From Octopus vulgaris (taxonomy: Eukaryota), in assembly GCA_951406725.2 (NCBI GenBank), contig OX597837.1, forward strand, positions 1,364,001-1,428,000: a stretch of DNA of 64,000 bases. Reading direction: 5' to 3'. Under the pieces are notes generated by a model. The model saw nothing but the letters and a program-made list of their open reading frames with translations, was not told the DNA's origin and did no database searches. The translations under genes and the position numbers were made by a program. Positions 13,352 to 26,055 of this stretch are shown here, piece after piece. The first letter of the stretch is position 1. Every line of letters begins with the position of its first letter.

Positions 13352-13660
13352 GTACATTCCCCCCTTTTTTAAATCTGCTCTATCATTCCTTACATCTTGT
13401 AAAATTTTTCTCATAAAAATTCTTTCCATCCGATTTTGCACCATTCGATCGTTGTATCTCGAGATTACAGTCTGCGTAGTCAGCCTAATGGTATCTTTCA
13501 CATAATCCGTTCCAATATTGGGTTTCTTTAGCTCCGTTTTTAAATTCGGTCCAGGATTTAAACAGCTTAAGTTCGATGGTATGGCTGCTGTCTGAAGAAC
13601 GTACATGGGTTCCCTGTGCGTGAAACTTTTAGTAGCGTGAGTCATACAAGTGAGGTGGTC
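13352..13660 (-). mobile_element. 3' internal end of an LTR retrotransposon (ORF end, polypurine tract, TG start)
   Basis: The minus-strand ORF ends ...DLKKGG, overlapping AAAAAAGGGGGGAA, which is followed immediately by TGT. This is the canonical PPT/3'-LTR junction. Confidence 0.5.
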
Positions 13661-13665
13661 AGGAA

Positions 13666-13703
<38 letters not shown>

Positions 13704-13705
13704 TC

Positions 13706-13869
13706 AAAGCGGGCTTCTTTCAAATTTCGCCTACCAAATCCATTCAGAAGGCTGTGGTCGGTCCGATGCTCTACTAGGAGATACTTGCCCTGGGTGACAC
13801 GCATTGGGACTAAACCCGGAGCTTTGTGGTTTGGAAGCAAGCTTCCTACAACAAAGCCGCACCTGCTCC

Positions 13870-13934
<65 letters not shown>

Positions 13935-14205
13935 GTTTTTTGTTTCAGTCATCTGACTGCGGCCATGCTGGAGCACCGCCTTTAGTCGAACAAATCGACT
14001 CCAGGACTTTTTCTTTGTAAGCCTAGTAACTCATTCCATCTGTCTCTTATGCCGAACCGCTAAGTTACAGAGACGTAAACACGCCAGCATCGGTTGTCAA
14101 GCAGGGGAACAAACACAGACACAAATACATACATATTATGTATATATATATATTTATATACATATATATACGACGGGCTTCTTTCAATTTCCGTCTACCA
14201 CAAGT
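13706..14205 (-). mobile_element. Two SINE family B fragments (5' half 13706-13868, 3' half 13936-14205)
   Basis: Reverse complement of the family-B head and tail segments. Confidence 0.8.
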
Positions 14206-14226
14206 TTCATACTACACAGCAACTCC

Positions 14227-14270
<44 letters not shown>

Positions 14271-14307
14271 GCGTTGGTGTATCTGAGGCAATGTATTAAG
14301 AGTATAG

Positions 14308-14523
14308 AAAAATAACAGGAGTGGTTAGAGGAGTAAAAGAGGAAGAGGAGGGTATAAAATAGTTTTAAATAAAACATAATACAAAGAACACAATACAAAG
14401 TACTATTTTTTTTTACTTTATATTGTATTTTATATTGTTTTATTTAATTTTAATTTATTTCATCCCACCCTCCTCCTTTACTTTCCTAACCTCTCTTACC
14501 AACGGTGTTACCCTGTTAATTTA
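14308..14523. repeat. Degenerate fold-back repeat
   Basis: taacagg..ggttag..agtaaa..gaggagggt..taaataaaaca vs tgttttattta..accctcctc..tttact..ctaacc..cctgtta. Confidence 0.6.
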
Positions 14524-14536
14524 CGATATATATATA

Positions 14537-14577
<41 letters not shown>

Positions 14578-15049
14578 TATATGTGTGTGTGTGTGTGTGT
14601 GGTGTGTGTACGCGTTGATTGAAATTAAAGTTGTATTTGTTCTACATTTTACTATAATGATGTTATTGCAAAGGTTGGGAAGATGAGAAAATGTTTTCAT
14701 CTTCCACTGAATTCCGTCAATAAGGATTGCCGCCGTCCATTAACAGAAGAAAATTTAAATCATAAAAGGTCAAATGATTCACTCTGAATGTGTAAATAAA
14801 GAGTCATCCACCAGAGAGTAAATCATTCTTTGCTTCTGTCAAGAGACTTTGTGCGCGCGCACACAAACACAAACATAGATTTATTCATTGATTTAGGTTC
14901 CCATGTAGTCGCAAGCAGGCACATATATTCTCATGGCCCTAAGTCTGTCGACCATGGTGGACATGGAGAGTACGAGAACTGTTGGAGGTGGTGTGAGACA
15001 GGTCGGCGCTAGCTCCCCGATGGTGCTCATTTACAATGGAGCCGCATGG

Positions 15050-15442
15050 GATGACGTATCTTGCTCAAGGCAAAGATACGAAAAGCTTCCCACGCCAGGC
15101 ATCGAACACACGAACTGACGATTGTGAGCAGAATACCCTAACTACTAGAGCACACTTATGTGTGCGCGAGCGCATGTGGTGTAAGGCTGTGAGTTCGATT
15201 CCTGGCGATCCGTTGTGTCCTTCAGCAAGACACTTTATTTAATAATTTGCTCCCGTCCACTCAGCTGGCAAAAATGAGTCGTACCTGTATTTCAAATGGG
15301 GCCAATTCTGTGTGACGTTGAATTTCCCTGAGAACTAAGTTAAGGATACGCGTGTCTGTGGAGTATTCAGCCACTTGCACGTTAATTTTACGAGTAGGTT
15401 CTTCTGTTCATCGAATCAACTGAAACCGACGGAATGCCAGTT
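15050..15442. mobile_element. SINE family C-related copies (minus head 15050-15155, plus copy 15165-15442)
   Basis: Shares the tail ctgagaactaagttaaggatacgcgtgtctgtggag...ccgacgga with family C and has the body gtccactcagctggcaaaaatgagt. Related copies at 21706-21870 (+), 41695-42012 (+), 55770-55962 (-) and 56905-57170 (+). Confidence 0.75.
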
Positions 15443-15445
15443 TTA

Positions 15446-15997
15446 TCATCGACCCTTGTTCTCAACTGGTACTTATTTTATCGACCCCGAAAGAATGAAA
15501 GACAAAATCGATCTCGGAGGAATCTGAGCCCAGAACCTAAAGACAGGAGAAGTGCCACGAAGCATTTTGTGTGACATGATAACGATTCAGTCAGCCTGCC
15601 GCCTTTTCTTTTCTACTCTCGGCACAAGACCCGAAATTTGGGGGGAGGGTACCAGTCGATTAGATCGAATCCAGTACGCAACTGGTACTTAATTTATCGT
15701 TCCCGAAAGAAAGAAAGGCAAAGTCGACCTCGGCGGGGTTTGAACTCCAAACGTAAAGACAGACGAAATACCTATTTCTTTACTACCCACAAGGGGCTAA
15801 ACACAGAGAGGACAAACAAGGACAGACAAACGGATTAAGTCGATTGTATTGACCCCAGTAACTGGTACTTATTTAATCGACCCCGAAAGGATGAAAGGCA
15901 AAGTCGACCTCGGCGGAATTTGAACTCAGAACGTAACGGCAGACGAAATACAGGTTACGCATTTCGCCCGGCTAACGTTTCTGCCAGCTCACCGCCT
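15446..15997 (-). mobile_element. SINE family A cluster (one monomer plus one dimeric copy)
   Basis: Three reverse-complement copies of the family-A body (tcgaccccgaaag..gaaaggcaaagtcgacctcggc). Confidence 0.85.
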
Positions 15998-16481
15998 TTT
16001 CTGTAACATTAATGTTTGTCTCTATGTCAAATTAAAATGAATACAATTTAACATAGAAATGAAGGATTGCTCACTTTTATTTGCAGAGCACATATTACAC
16101 ATTTATAAAAGACGAGAAGTGACAGTGACTTCGAATTTCGCCCTGCTGATCTTCAACGAAGGTTAATATATCGATACTCTTGTGAAAGTGTAGTTAATGT
16201 GCGAACGCGCGTGTGTATATCTGTGTGAGACGCTTTTGTGCAAAGGACTCGTCAACCAAATTTCTATAGCAAAGAATTGATAAACTCGTGGCTATAATAG
16301 AGTTCATTTGGCCAAAGTGCCGCAAACCCTTACAACAGAAACAAAAACGCGTAAATCCCTACTTGGAAAGCATAATACAATCCACTCATCTGTGTCTTGT
16401 AGCCAAGCAACAAAAACACCAACAGCAACGATAAGCACAACATGTTATTAACTTTAATCTTTCACATTCTTGTTTTTCCAG

Positions 16482-16582
16482 TGAACGGGATTATCACAAA
16501 ATGGCGCATACGTACAAACAATTTCGCGATATCAAAAGCGGGAACCAAAGTGTATTTCAACAATTACGAAGCCATGACAGAC
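16482..16582 (+). CDS. Next coding exon of the same FAS1-domain gene
   Basis: Acceptor ttcttgtttttccag| and donor |gtaagt. 101 nt, phase 1 to 0. Splicing to 3522 gives an open YHI-V-NGIITKWRIRTNNFAISKAGTKVYFNNYEAMTD, which fits the FAS1 segment after YH. Confidence 0.8.
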
Positions 16583-16844
16583 GTAAGTACTCTCACCATT
16601 ATTTATATATTTACCCACTAATTGGGGTTCAACTAATTCTTCATGTCACTTGCTATTGTGTTGGTATTCTGTTGGGAGATAATTCCATTGAAAACCGCTC
16701 AAGTTGTGTAGAATGTGGGTACGAGTTGGAGGTCATATTGACCTGGGAGCAATTATCGATCCCTCAATATAACCCGCAGGCTTATATGTATTACATATGT
16801 GCGTTCGTGTGTGTGTGCGTGTGTGTGTGTACATACAGAGGGAG

Positions 16845-16879
<35 letters not shown>

Positions 16880-17974
16880 GATGAAAAGCTAACATCCTCT
16901 AATATGAAGAACATGGTTTGGGTTTCAAGTTAAACTAATTACTGTGGCGGATTATATTCTTCAACCTTTTTCCTTTCAAGGAATGTGTTTGTATGTGTGT
17001 GTGTGTGTGCGCTTCAGACTTTCGCCTATAATGTCGATTATTGTCCTTCGCAAGATGTAAGGTGTGGTCTAGTGTGGATCAGATAACTATATTGCACACG
17101 ACTTTAATAGGCCATATTGTAGTAAAATTAACAGTTGTAGTGCATGACTCTATATCCAGCAACTAATATTATATATAGGTGTACAGGTTGTTTGAAGTGG
17201 TGTGTAGATTTTATATATTAAGGTGAAGGAGGTAGGATTTGGTTCAAATCTATTTAATTAACTCTTTCATCCCTTTGAGGATTCATCTTCAATAATTTTC
17301 TTTATAAACACACACACACACACACATATATATATATTTATATATTTACATATATTTATATATGTGTTCATGTATAATTTCTGTATGAACTGTGTGGAAG
17401 AGCTATAGAAGAAAAAGAGCTTGGAGGAATAGAGACAGGGAGAGAGAAAGACAATGTGCTTAATAAATTACAAAAATTGATCGATATTTATATAAAGAAG
17501 AGCGGATATTATCCGACATATACGTGTGCAATTATGAGAGGGGAGGAGTGAGATATAGAGCTAGGAGAGAAAAATAGAGACAGAAAGAGAGGAATAGATT
17601 TAATGTAATTTTTACACTTTTCTTCCTCTGTCTTCTCTTTCTTTATCTCTGTTCCATCGCCTCCTCCATCCTCACGCTCTTTACCACCAGTCCAAGCGAT
17701 CAGTGATGAACCTCGTTAATTAGTCATTATTCACGTGCTGACACAAAGGTCACGTTACCATCTGTTGCGTTTCCGTGACCTTTTAACCATCGAATTCTCC
17801 TATGTATCTGCCAGGTTAGCACGTTGTGATCTTGACACACGTAGCAGGGGATTTGTGGCACTATGAGAACATGTACGGAAATGTATGTGTGTGTGTGTGT
17901 GTGTGTGTGTCTATATATATGGATGTGGGAGTAGGTACTTGCATTTCCGTGCTTATAATATCCTTTTATTCTGT

Positions 17975-18285
17975 CAGACACTAAACTGCGGCCATACTGG
18001 GGCATTTGTCTTTTAGCCTATTGATTTTTGTATCATTCAAACATTTGCAGAACCTGGCGGAAAAAGACACACACTAGCAGAAAGTTGGCATAGCACCCCC
18101 CACCACACTCCGACACACACACACACACACATATGTACGATAGCCTTTCATACAGTTCCTGTCTATCCAATTCATTTACAAAGCTTTGGTCAGCCTGGGA
18201 GCCATATTAGAAAGCGTTTGCATAAAGTACCCTCTAGGTGAGTGAACTCCCGACACCATGTTGTTGGAAAGCTAAGTTCTGAAGT
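17975..18285 (-). mobile_element. SINE family B, old copy
   Basis: actgcggccatactgg...aaagctttggtcagcc, reverse-complement match to family B. Confidence 0.6.
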
Positions 18286-18388
18286 GTACACACAAACTCA
18301 CACACACTCATACGTAAATATATAGACAAAAGACACGCTCATATATATTTCCTACTCATATATATATATATATATATACACGTATATA

Positions 18389-19273
18389 CAGGGTGCGGTG
18401 AATATATTATCATCTAAATTATACAAAAATAAAAATAACATTGACATCTCATTTTAACAAATATATTTACCAAAATTACATAAAATATCTTGAAATACTA
18501 AAGAGTAAATTTATTCAATAAAACCGCCATTGGCTTCAATCACGGCCTCCAAACGACTTTGGAATCTGCTGCAACTCTGCTGGATGGCCTCTTTGTTTAA
18601 GTTGGTGAATGTTGCCATAATCCTTGCCTTAAGTCATCTTTGGTGTTACATGTTTTATTGGTCTCTCGCTCAACTGCACCCCAATACAGAATAACCAAGA
18701 GGGTTGCTGTCAAGAGTTAGGTGGACAGATGTTAGGGGTGATGTGGTCGCAGCAATTATCTGACAGCCATGACTGTGTTATCCTGCTTGTGTAGCATGGT
18801 GCAGAGTCCTATCGCCAGACATAGGGTTTTCCAGCAACCATCCTCTTGATCAAGGGCAACACTACTTCTTCCAGGCACTTGATGTAGTTCTTCGTGTTGA
18901 GTGTGAGGCCGTGTGAGAAGATAAAAGGAGACACAACGTCGCCATCGTTAGTGATCACACGAGGCACCATAATGTTGACTGTATGTTTGATTCCTATCAA
19001 CCTCTCGGTACATGTTTTGGAGACACGGCAAACACTTACATTGACATAAACACTCTGAAATGTTCGTATTGGAACTTCCAACGCGAATGCTAACCAGCAC
19101 AGCATGTAATTTCCAAATGTCTGGCAGACTGAATTTCATCATGGTACTGTTTATCTCGCAGATGGTATCCAACTGACCCTACTATACTGTTTGGTCGACA
19201 AAATTAAAACTAAATAATGCGTATGCGCGAAATTAAAAATACAGAATGATGACAATTTACCCATCGCACCCCG
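18389..19273 (-). mobile_element. Internally deleted Tc1/mariner-superfamily (maT, DD37D-like) transposon
   Basis: Degenerate 26-bp TIRs (cagggtgcggtgaatatattatcatc / gatgacaatttacccatcgcaccccg) with TA flanks. Transposase remnants YIKCLEEVVLP, DSAPC..PPNS..NPL and RLEAVIEANGGFIE*. Confidence 0.85.
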
Positions 19274-19351
19274 TATATATGTGTCTGTGTATATATATAT
19301 ATATAAATTCTCCCTCTCTCTCTCTGTATATATATATGAGAGAAATATATG

Positions 19352-19660
19352 AGGCGCAGGCGTGGCTGTGTGGTAAGAAGCTATGTGGGTGGTTGGAAAG
19401 CAAGTTTCTCACCACATTCTTGTGAGTGGATTTAGTTGACGGAAACTGAAAAGAATCCCAGACACACGCACACACATATGTTTCTGTATCTGTGTGTCCC
19501 CTCCGTCATTGTCTGACAACCAATGTTGGTGTGGTCACGTGCCCCGCAACTTAGAGACCTATAAATACCAGGCTTACAACGAATAAGTCTTGGGGTAGAT
19601 TTCTTCGACTAAATGGCGGTGCTCCAGCATGGCCACAGCAAATGGCTGAAACAAGTTGGA
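19352..19660 (+). mobile_element. SINE family B
   Basis: ggcgcaggcgtggctgtgtggtaagaagct...ggcggtgctccagcatggcc. Confidence 0.8.
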
Positions 19661-20269
19661 AAATAAAAGAAAGCATAAAATAATGTGTGTGTGTGAGTGT
19701 GTGAAAGAGAGAGAAAGAGGTGATTATGACTGGATTCCGATCCCGACAAAGACCGCCATGTTTACCTTTCGTGTCTTCTCTGTCCCCTCAGGTGTCATCT
19801 TTGGGCTTTCTAAATTGGACGATTGTCAGACATTTTATCATCGTTAATCTTTATTAATGATTCGTGAGATTACACCAATGAAATGATTGTTTGCTTTTTC
19901 TGTACGCGTGTGTACAAAACACACACACACACATACTCACACAATTTTTATAGATCAATAATTTCTTTTATGGCAAAATTTTTGTTTTTTAATGCTGCTC
20001 ATTTTCTCTTGGTGAATGTGGAGGAAGGGACATTGCCCGTAGCCCTTGTAGATCCCGCCTAAACCTGAGAGATTGATGCCGTTAATAGCCGTCTTGAATC
20101 TTTCTAAATCAACATCAGCAGGAAAGATATGAGTAGCGGAGGTACGAAGTTGTTAAGGGCCGGCTTATTATTAAGAAAGCACTGACCGTAAAGTAATGGG
20201 GTGGGGGGACGGTTGTTGGCAATTGATGTAATTGATGAATTTGGTGAAAATTATTCCGTTATTCTTTTA

Positions 20270-20660
20270 TTTTTTCGCTTGTTTCAGTCATTTCACTGTA
20301 GTCATGCTGGAGCACCGCCTTGAAGGGTTTTATTCGAGCAAATCTACTCAAGGACTTATTTTTTAAGCCTAGTACTTATCGGTCTCTTTTACCGAACTGC
20401 TAGGTTACGGGAACGGAAACACACCAACATCGGTTTCCAAGTGGTGAGACAAACACACACATAGATACATGCACACACACACATATACACATATACGACG
20501 GGCTTCTTTCGTTTTCCGTCTATAAATTCCACTCAAAAGGCTTTAGTCGGCATGAGGCTATGGTTGAAGACGCATGCCGAAGGTTCCACGCCATGGGACT
20601 GAACCTGGAGCCATATGGTTTGTAAGCAAGCTTCTTACCACACAGCTTGGCCTGCACCTA
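20270..20660 (-). mobile_element. SINE family B, full length
   Basis: Reverse complement of the whole family-B consensus. Confidence 0.85.
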
Positions 20661-21192
20661 TCGGAAATCTATTTTCAAAAACCGAAACAATCACATTACG
20701 AAGTGCCTTGACCTGCTTGAAAGAGCAGCCAAATTCCTCTCAGTTCATTCCTAGCGGATTTGCACTTGGAAAATATTCATAGATTGTTAGTGCTAAAGCT
20801 CTATCATCTTTGTTGCGATTAAGAGGCTGCACATACACCAATAACACTGGTCAACAATGGAAACATTCTCTTGGCATCAGAGAAGAAATTAACTGCTTCT
20901 GAAGATATTTTTGACCGCTGATTCCAAATATATCTTTACTTTTTCCTACAACAAGTCTGATGGAATCTCCCGTCCAAGACGACGTATGAATGATAGGTTT
21001 TTGCTGAAGAACCGGCACGAGTGATTTGTTTGTGGTGATGAGATGTTTCTTCTGTACGTTAGCTCATTTCCTCCATCAAATCGACGTTGTCTGAACAGGC
21101 GAACTGTGTACAACGCGTCACGGGTAGACGTCAACGCAGAAAAATGTAAGATGAAGTGTTTATATATTTATATATATATATATATATATATA

Positions 21193-21408
21193 TAGTAATC
21201 ACCCGCCATATCGCGGTTCACCTATCGTGCACTCAATACATCGCGGATTTTCTGGCTAATATATATATATATATATAAATTTACATCGCGGCATCGTCAG
21301 TATATCACGGGTTTCTGCAGCCGATAGGTATCTATATTTTTTTTAGATTGTAATTATTCCTGTGGGAGGTTTTGGAATGTAACACCCGCAGTAATCGAAG
21401 GATTACTG
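21193..21408. mobile_element. Tigger/pogo-like MITE, degenerate
   Basis: Termini tagtaatc...cgcgg and ccgc...gattactg resemble CAGTAATCCCTCG-type TIRs; inserted in (TA)n. Confidence 0.55.
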
Positions 21409-21886
21409 AATGTATATACATATATATATATTTATATATGTGTGTGTGAGTGTGGTCATGTGTATGTACACACACACACACACACACACATACACACACA
21501 TATATATAGACATACATACATATGTTTGTCTTTGTGTCTGTTGTATGTTTGCGACCCCGGTTCGGCATAAGAGACCGACAGAATAAGTAGGAGACTTAAA
21601 CATAGAAAATAAATATTGATGTCGATTGGTTCGACTAAAATTCCTCAACGACGCAATCTAATGACAAGCGGGTAAAACAGAAAAGATATGAATATATATA
21701 TATGCGTGGAGGTACAATGGCCCAGTGGTTTGGGCAGCGGAATCAGTGTCACGCTGAATCTCACCCTGAACTACGTTAAGGATACACGTGTCTGTGTAGA
21801 CGTTAATTTCACGAGCAGGCAGTTCCGTTGATCAACTGGAACCCTCGTCGTCGTAACTGACGCAGTGCCACGATACACACACACAC

Positions 21887-21940
<54 letters not shown>

Positions 21941-21999
21941 GTATATATAGGTGTGTGCGTATATATATATATATACATACGTATCTGTATACACGCATG

Positions 22000-22036
<37 letters not shown>

Positions 22037-22371
22037 CCCTTCATTTTGTCTATATAATGTATGTTGTATATATTTTTATATGCCTCTATTATGTTTTCTA
22101 ATGTAAACATTTAAGTTGAAATCTTTTTCATTCAACTCGAAATATGACGAAAATACTGATCTCTAAAGATCAATAACCTTTGAAACATAAACTCAGCTCT
22201 ACAGATCGATACATTTCAAACCAATCATAGGCAAGGTGTTGTCATTTAATTTGATTTTCTCTACATTTTATTTTATTTTGTTCAATTTGTGTGTTTTATC
22301 TGGTAATTTTTTTTTCACTATTTGTTTTTTTTTTTTTTGCTAATGTATTTTTTCGATCGATAAACGACTCC

Positions 22372-23070
22372 GACTTCTTCTTGTGATATTACCAATGCTA
22401 TTAATCATCATCTTCGTATTCTTCGCCTTCTTCAATCTCTCCCTTCGTCTCCTTCTCTCCTTCTCTTCCTTCTTCATCATCGTCTTCTCTTCATTCTTCT
22501 TGGTTGTCCTCGTCTACGATTTCTTTCTCTTGTTCGTCTTTTTCTTCTTCTTCTTCTTCTTCTTCTTCTTCTTCTTCTTCTTCTTCTTTTCTTTCTTCTT
22601 CTTCTTCTTCTTCTTCTTCTTCTTCTTCTTCTTCTTCTTCTTCTTCTTCTTCTTCTTCTTCTTCTTCTTCTTCTTCTTCTTCTTCTTCTTCTTCTCTTTC
22701 TTTTTCTTCTCTGTCTTCTCTTCTTCTCTTTGTCTCCTTTTCTTATTTTCCTTCCTCTCTTTTGTCTCCCCCTTCTTTCTTTCTTTCTTTGCTTCTTTCT
22801 TCATCTTTGCCTTCTACTTTTCTTTCTTTCTTCATCGTCTTCTTTGTCTTTTCTTTCTTTCTTTTTCTTTTTCACCTTCTTCGCCTCCTCACTTTCTTCT
22901 TCTTCTTCTTCTTCTTCTTCTTCTTCTTCTTCTTCTTCTTCTTCTTCTTCTTCTTTTTCCACCACCACCACCACCGTTACTGAATACTCATTACATTGGT
23001 GGAATGGTGGAATGTGCTTTTTCTTTCTTTCTTTTTCACCTTCTTCGCCTCCTCACTTTCTTCCTTTCTT

Positions 23071-23100
<30 letters not shown>
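22372..23100. repeat. (CTT)n-dominated polypyrimidine tract
   Basis: Long perfect and imperfect CTT runs over about 700 bp. Confidence 0.95.
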
Positions 23101-23102
<2 letters not shown>

Positions 23103-23242
23103 CACCACCACCACCCCATCAAATCTGCCATTTTTAGTCAATGTGCTGGTGTGGAAATTTATGAAGAAAATGTTACAAGGATTTTAAACTCTTCCACGAC
23201 AGTTTCTCTTACTGTCTATCTATCTACTATCAATCTTATGAG

Positions 23243-23286
<44 letters not shown>

Positions 23287-23339
23287 CACAAATTACCACT
23301 CAGCCTACCCACGACCCCTCCCCCACTCTTTCTCATTTC

Positions 23340-23712
23340 AATGATAATAATAATAATGATAATAATAATAATGATAATAATAATAATGATAATAATAATA
23401 ATGATAATGATAATAATAATAATGATAATAATAATAATGATACTAATAATAATGATAATAATAATAATGATACTAATAATAATGATAATAATAATAATGA
23501 TAATAATAATAATAATAATGATAATAATAATAATGATAATAATAATAATGATAATAATAATAATGATAATAATAATAATGATAATGATAATAATAATAAT
23601 GATAATAATAATAATGATACTAATAATAATGATAATAATAATAATGATACTAATAATAATGATAATAATAATAATGATAATAATAATAATAATAATGATA
23701 ATAATAATAATG

Positions 23713-23747
<35 letters not shown>

Positions 23748-23937
23748 GATAATGATAATGATAATAATAATAATGATAATAATAATAATGATACTAATAA
23801 TAATGATAATAATAATAATGATAATGATAATAATAATAATGATAATAATAATAATGATACTAATAATAATGATAATAATAATAATGATACTAATAATAAT
23901 AATAATGATAATAATAATAATAATAATAATGATAATC
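23340..23937. repeat. (AAT)n/GAT compound repeat with higher-order structure
   Basis: 15-bp GAT(AAT)4 units with occasional GATACT variants. Confidence 0.95.
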
Positions 23938-24179
23938 ATTCAAAAGAGACCTATATTATTTTCCATAATCAGTGCATAGCAAACGCAGACATCTGTCTGT
24001 TTGCATAGACGTATACATATGTAATAACACAGGTCACATGTACACACACACACACATAAACACACAAAACTATATACATACACACATATATGTATATGTA
24101 TGCATATATTCACACACATGTAGATATATAAAAGTACATAAAGTGCACAAATGCATATTTAAAGAGAGGCGCCTATTAA

Positions 24180-24624
24180 AAATGTACACATATATAAGTA
24201 TGTATATATATGTATATATGTATATGTATGTGTATATATGTATATATGTATATGTATGTGTATATATATTTATATGTATATATATGTGTATATATATTTA
24301 TATGTATATATATGTGTATATATATATATATATGTATATGTGTATATATGTATATTTATATGTATGTGTGTATATATATTTATATGTATGTGTATATATA
24401 TATATATATGTGTGTATATATATATTTATGCATGTATATATATATGTATATGTGCGTATATATATATTCATATGTATGCATATAGATATATATATTATAT
24501 TTATGCATGTATATATATATTTATATATGCATGTATATATATATATTTATATATATGCATGTATATATATTTATATATGCATGAATATATATATTTATAA
24601 ATATATGTATATATATATATACAT

Positions 24625-24674
<50 letters not shown>

Positions 24675-24680
24675 ATATAC
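24180..24680. repeat. (TA)n/(TATG)n low-complexity tract
   Basis: Visible directly. Confidence 0.9.
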
Positions 24681-25149
24681 GCACGAATATGTTATGTACA
24701 TGTTTGTGTGCGCGTGTGGATACATATAATTGGATGTATGTGTACTGTATTGTGTACGTCTTATATGAACAGTCTCCATTCTATCTAAATTCTTCCCTCC
24801 CCCGCTTCTTTCCCTTCATTCCCGCTACATCATTTCTTGTCTTCTACTTTCACTTTCACTATAACTCTAGCACCCCCATTCCCGCCTCTCTCTTCCACCT
24901 CTCTCATTATTCCTTTTCATCTTGGCCGCTTAATACAAGATGTCAACCGTGGGCAATAGACTTCTTCTTCCTCTTCTTCTTCAATAAGGAAAATATTTTT
25001 TCGCATTCGTTTATTTACTTATTTATTTATTCATCCATTCATTCAATCTTTTATTTATTTATTTTTAAATCGTTGTCTCCTCGCAGTCAATTATCTAGCA
25101 TGAATTTTCTTGACAACGCAGCACACATATATATATATATATACATATA

Positions 25150-25189
<40 letters not shown>

Positions 25190-25198
25190 GTACATACA

Positions 25199-25234
<36 letters not shown>

Positions 25235-26002
25235 TTGGGCATGTATATGTGAATGTCTTTGTGTCATATTGTCACAAAGACAGTGAAGGTAAAGGAGAAA
25301 TATGGCGGTAAGTCATGAAGGGAGTGGTGAGGGGTGTGATGTGGTACACGTGCTGGTGTGTGTACGTGTGGTTGTAGGTGTGTGTGTTTGTGTGTGTGTG
25401 GAAGCATACGTGCTGGGTGTAGTGAGGTGGGAGAGTAGAGAATGACAGACTGATCCAGATGGATCGAACGCTGTAAATAAAAGAGACACAAAAATTCTGA
25501 CGACATTTCTCTATTATTTGTTATTCCTTTATTTTGTTTTCGTGTTGGTTTGTCTCTTTGATTGATTCCTTATTTTTATTTTGGTTGTGATATTGGAATA
25601 AGAGAAGGAATGGGATTAAGGGAGAAAGAGTAAAACACAAAGAATGGGAAAGCGAGTATAGAAGGGGGAGAGGAAGGAAGGAAGGAAATACAGAGGGGAT
25701 ATAAGGAGAAAAACAAAAGTACAAAGATATTCAAAATACAGGGTGAATGGCTGAATATATCGATAAATTGGTAGAAATACAGACGACAGACTTTGATAGA
25801 AAGATCGACAAACAGGCAGATAGACGCATAGGCAGACAGGCAGACAGACAGATAGACAAATAGATAGATATTGATGGAATGATCATGACATCCCGATAAT
25901 GTTTTGAAAATGTCGGTATAAAAAGCTATCAAAAGTCGATTGTACATAAACACAGATGTTAGGACTCGTATGTATGTATGTGTGTATGTATGTATGTATG
26001 TA

Positions 26003-26055
<53 letters not shown>

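Noticed and set aside
19792-19860. Strong acceptor (tcttctctgtcccctcag) as the next FAS1 exon
   Set aside because: The phase-0 reading (VSSLGFLNWTIVRHFIIVNLY*) lacks the H2 motif and no donor is evident; a short alternative terminal exon cannot be excluded.
22383-25252. Long ORFs of 541 aa and 426 aa
   Set aside because: They are translations of (CTT)n, (AAT)n and (TA/TG)n repeats that lack stops by composition; no protein-like content.
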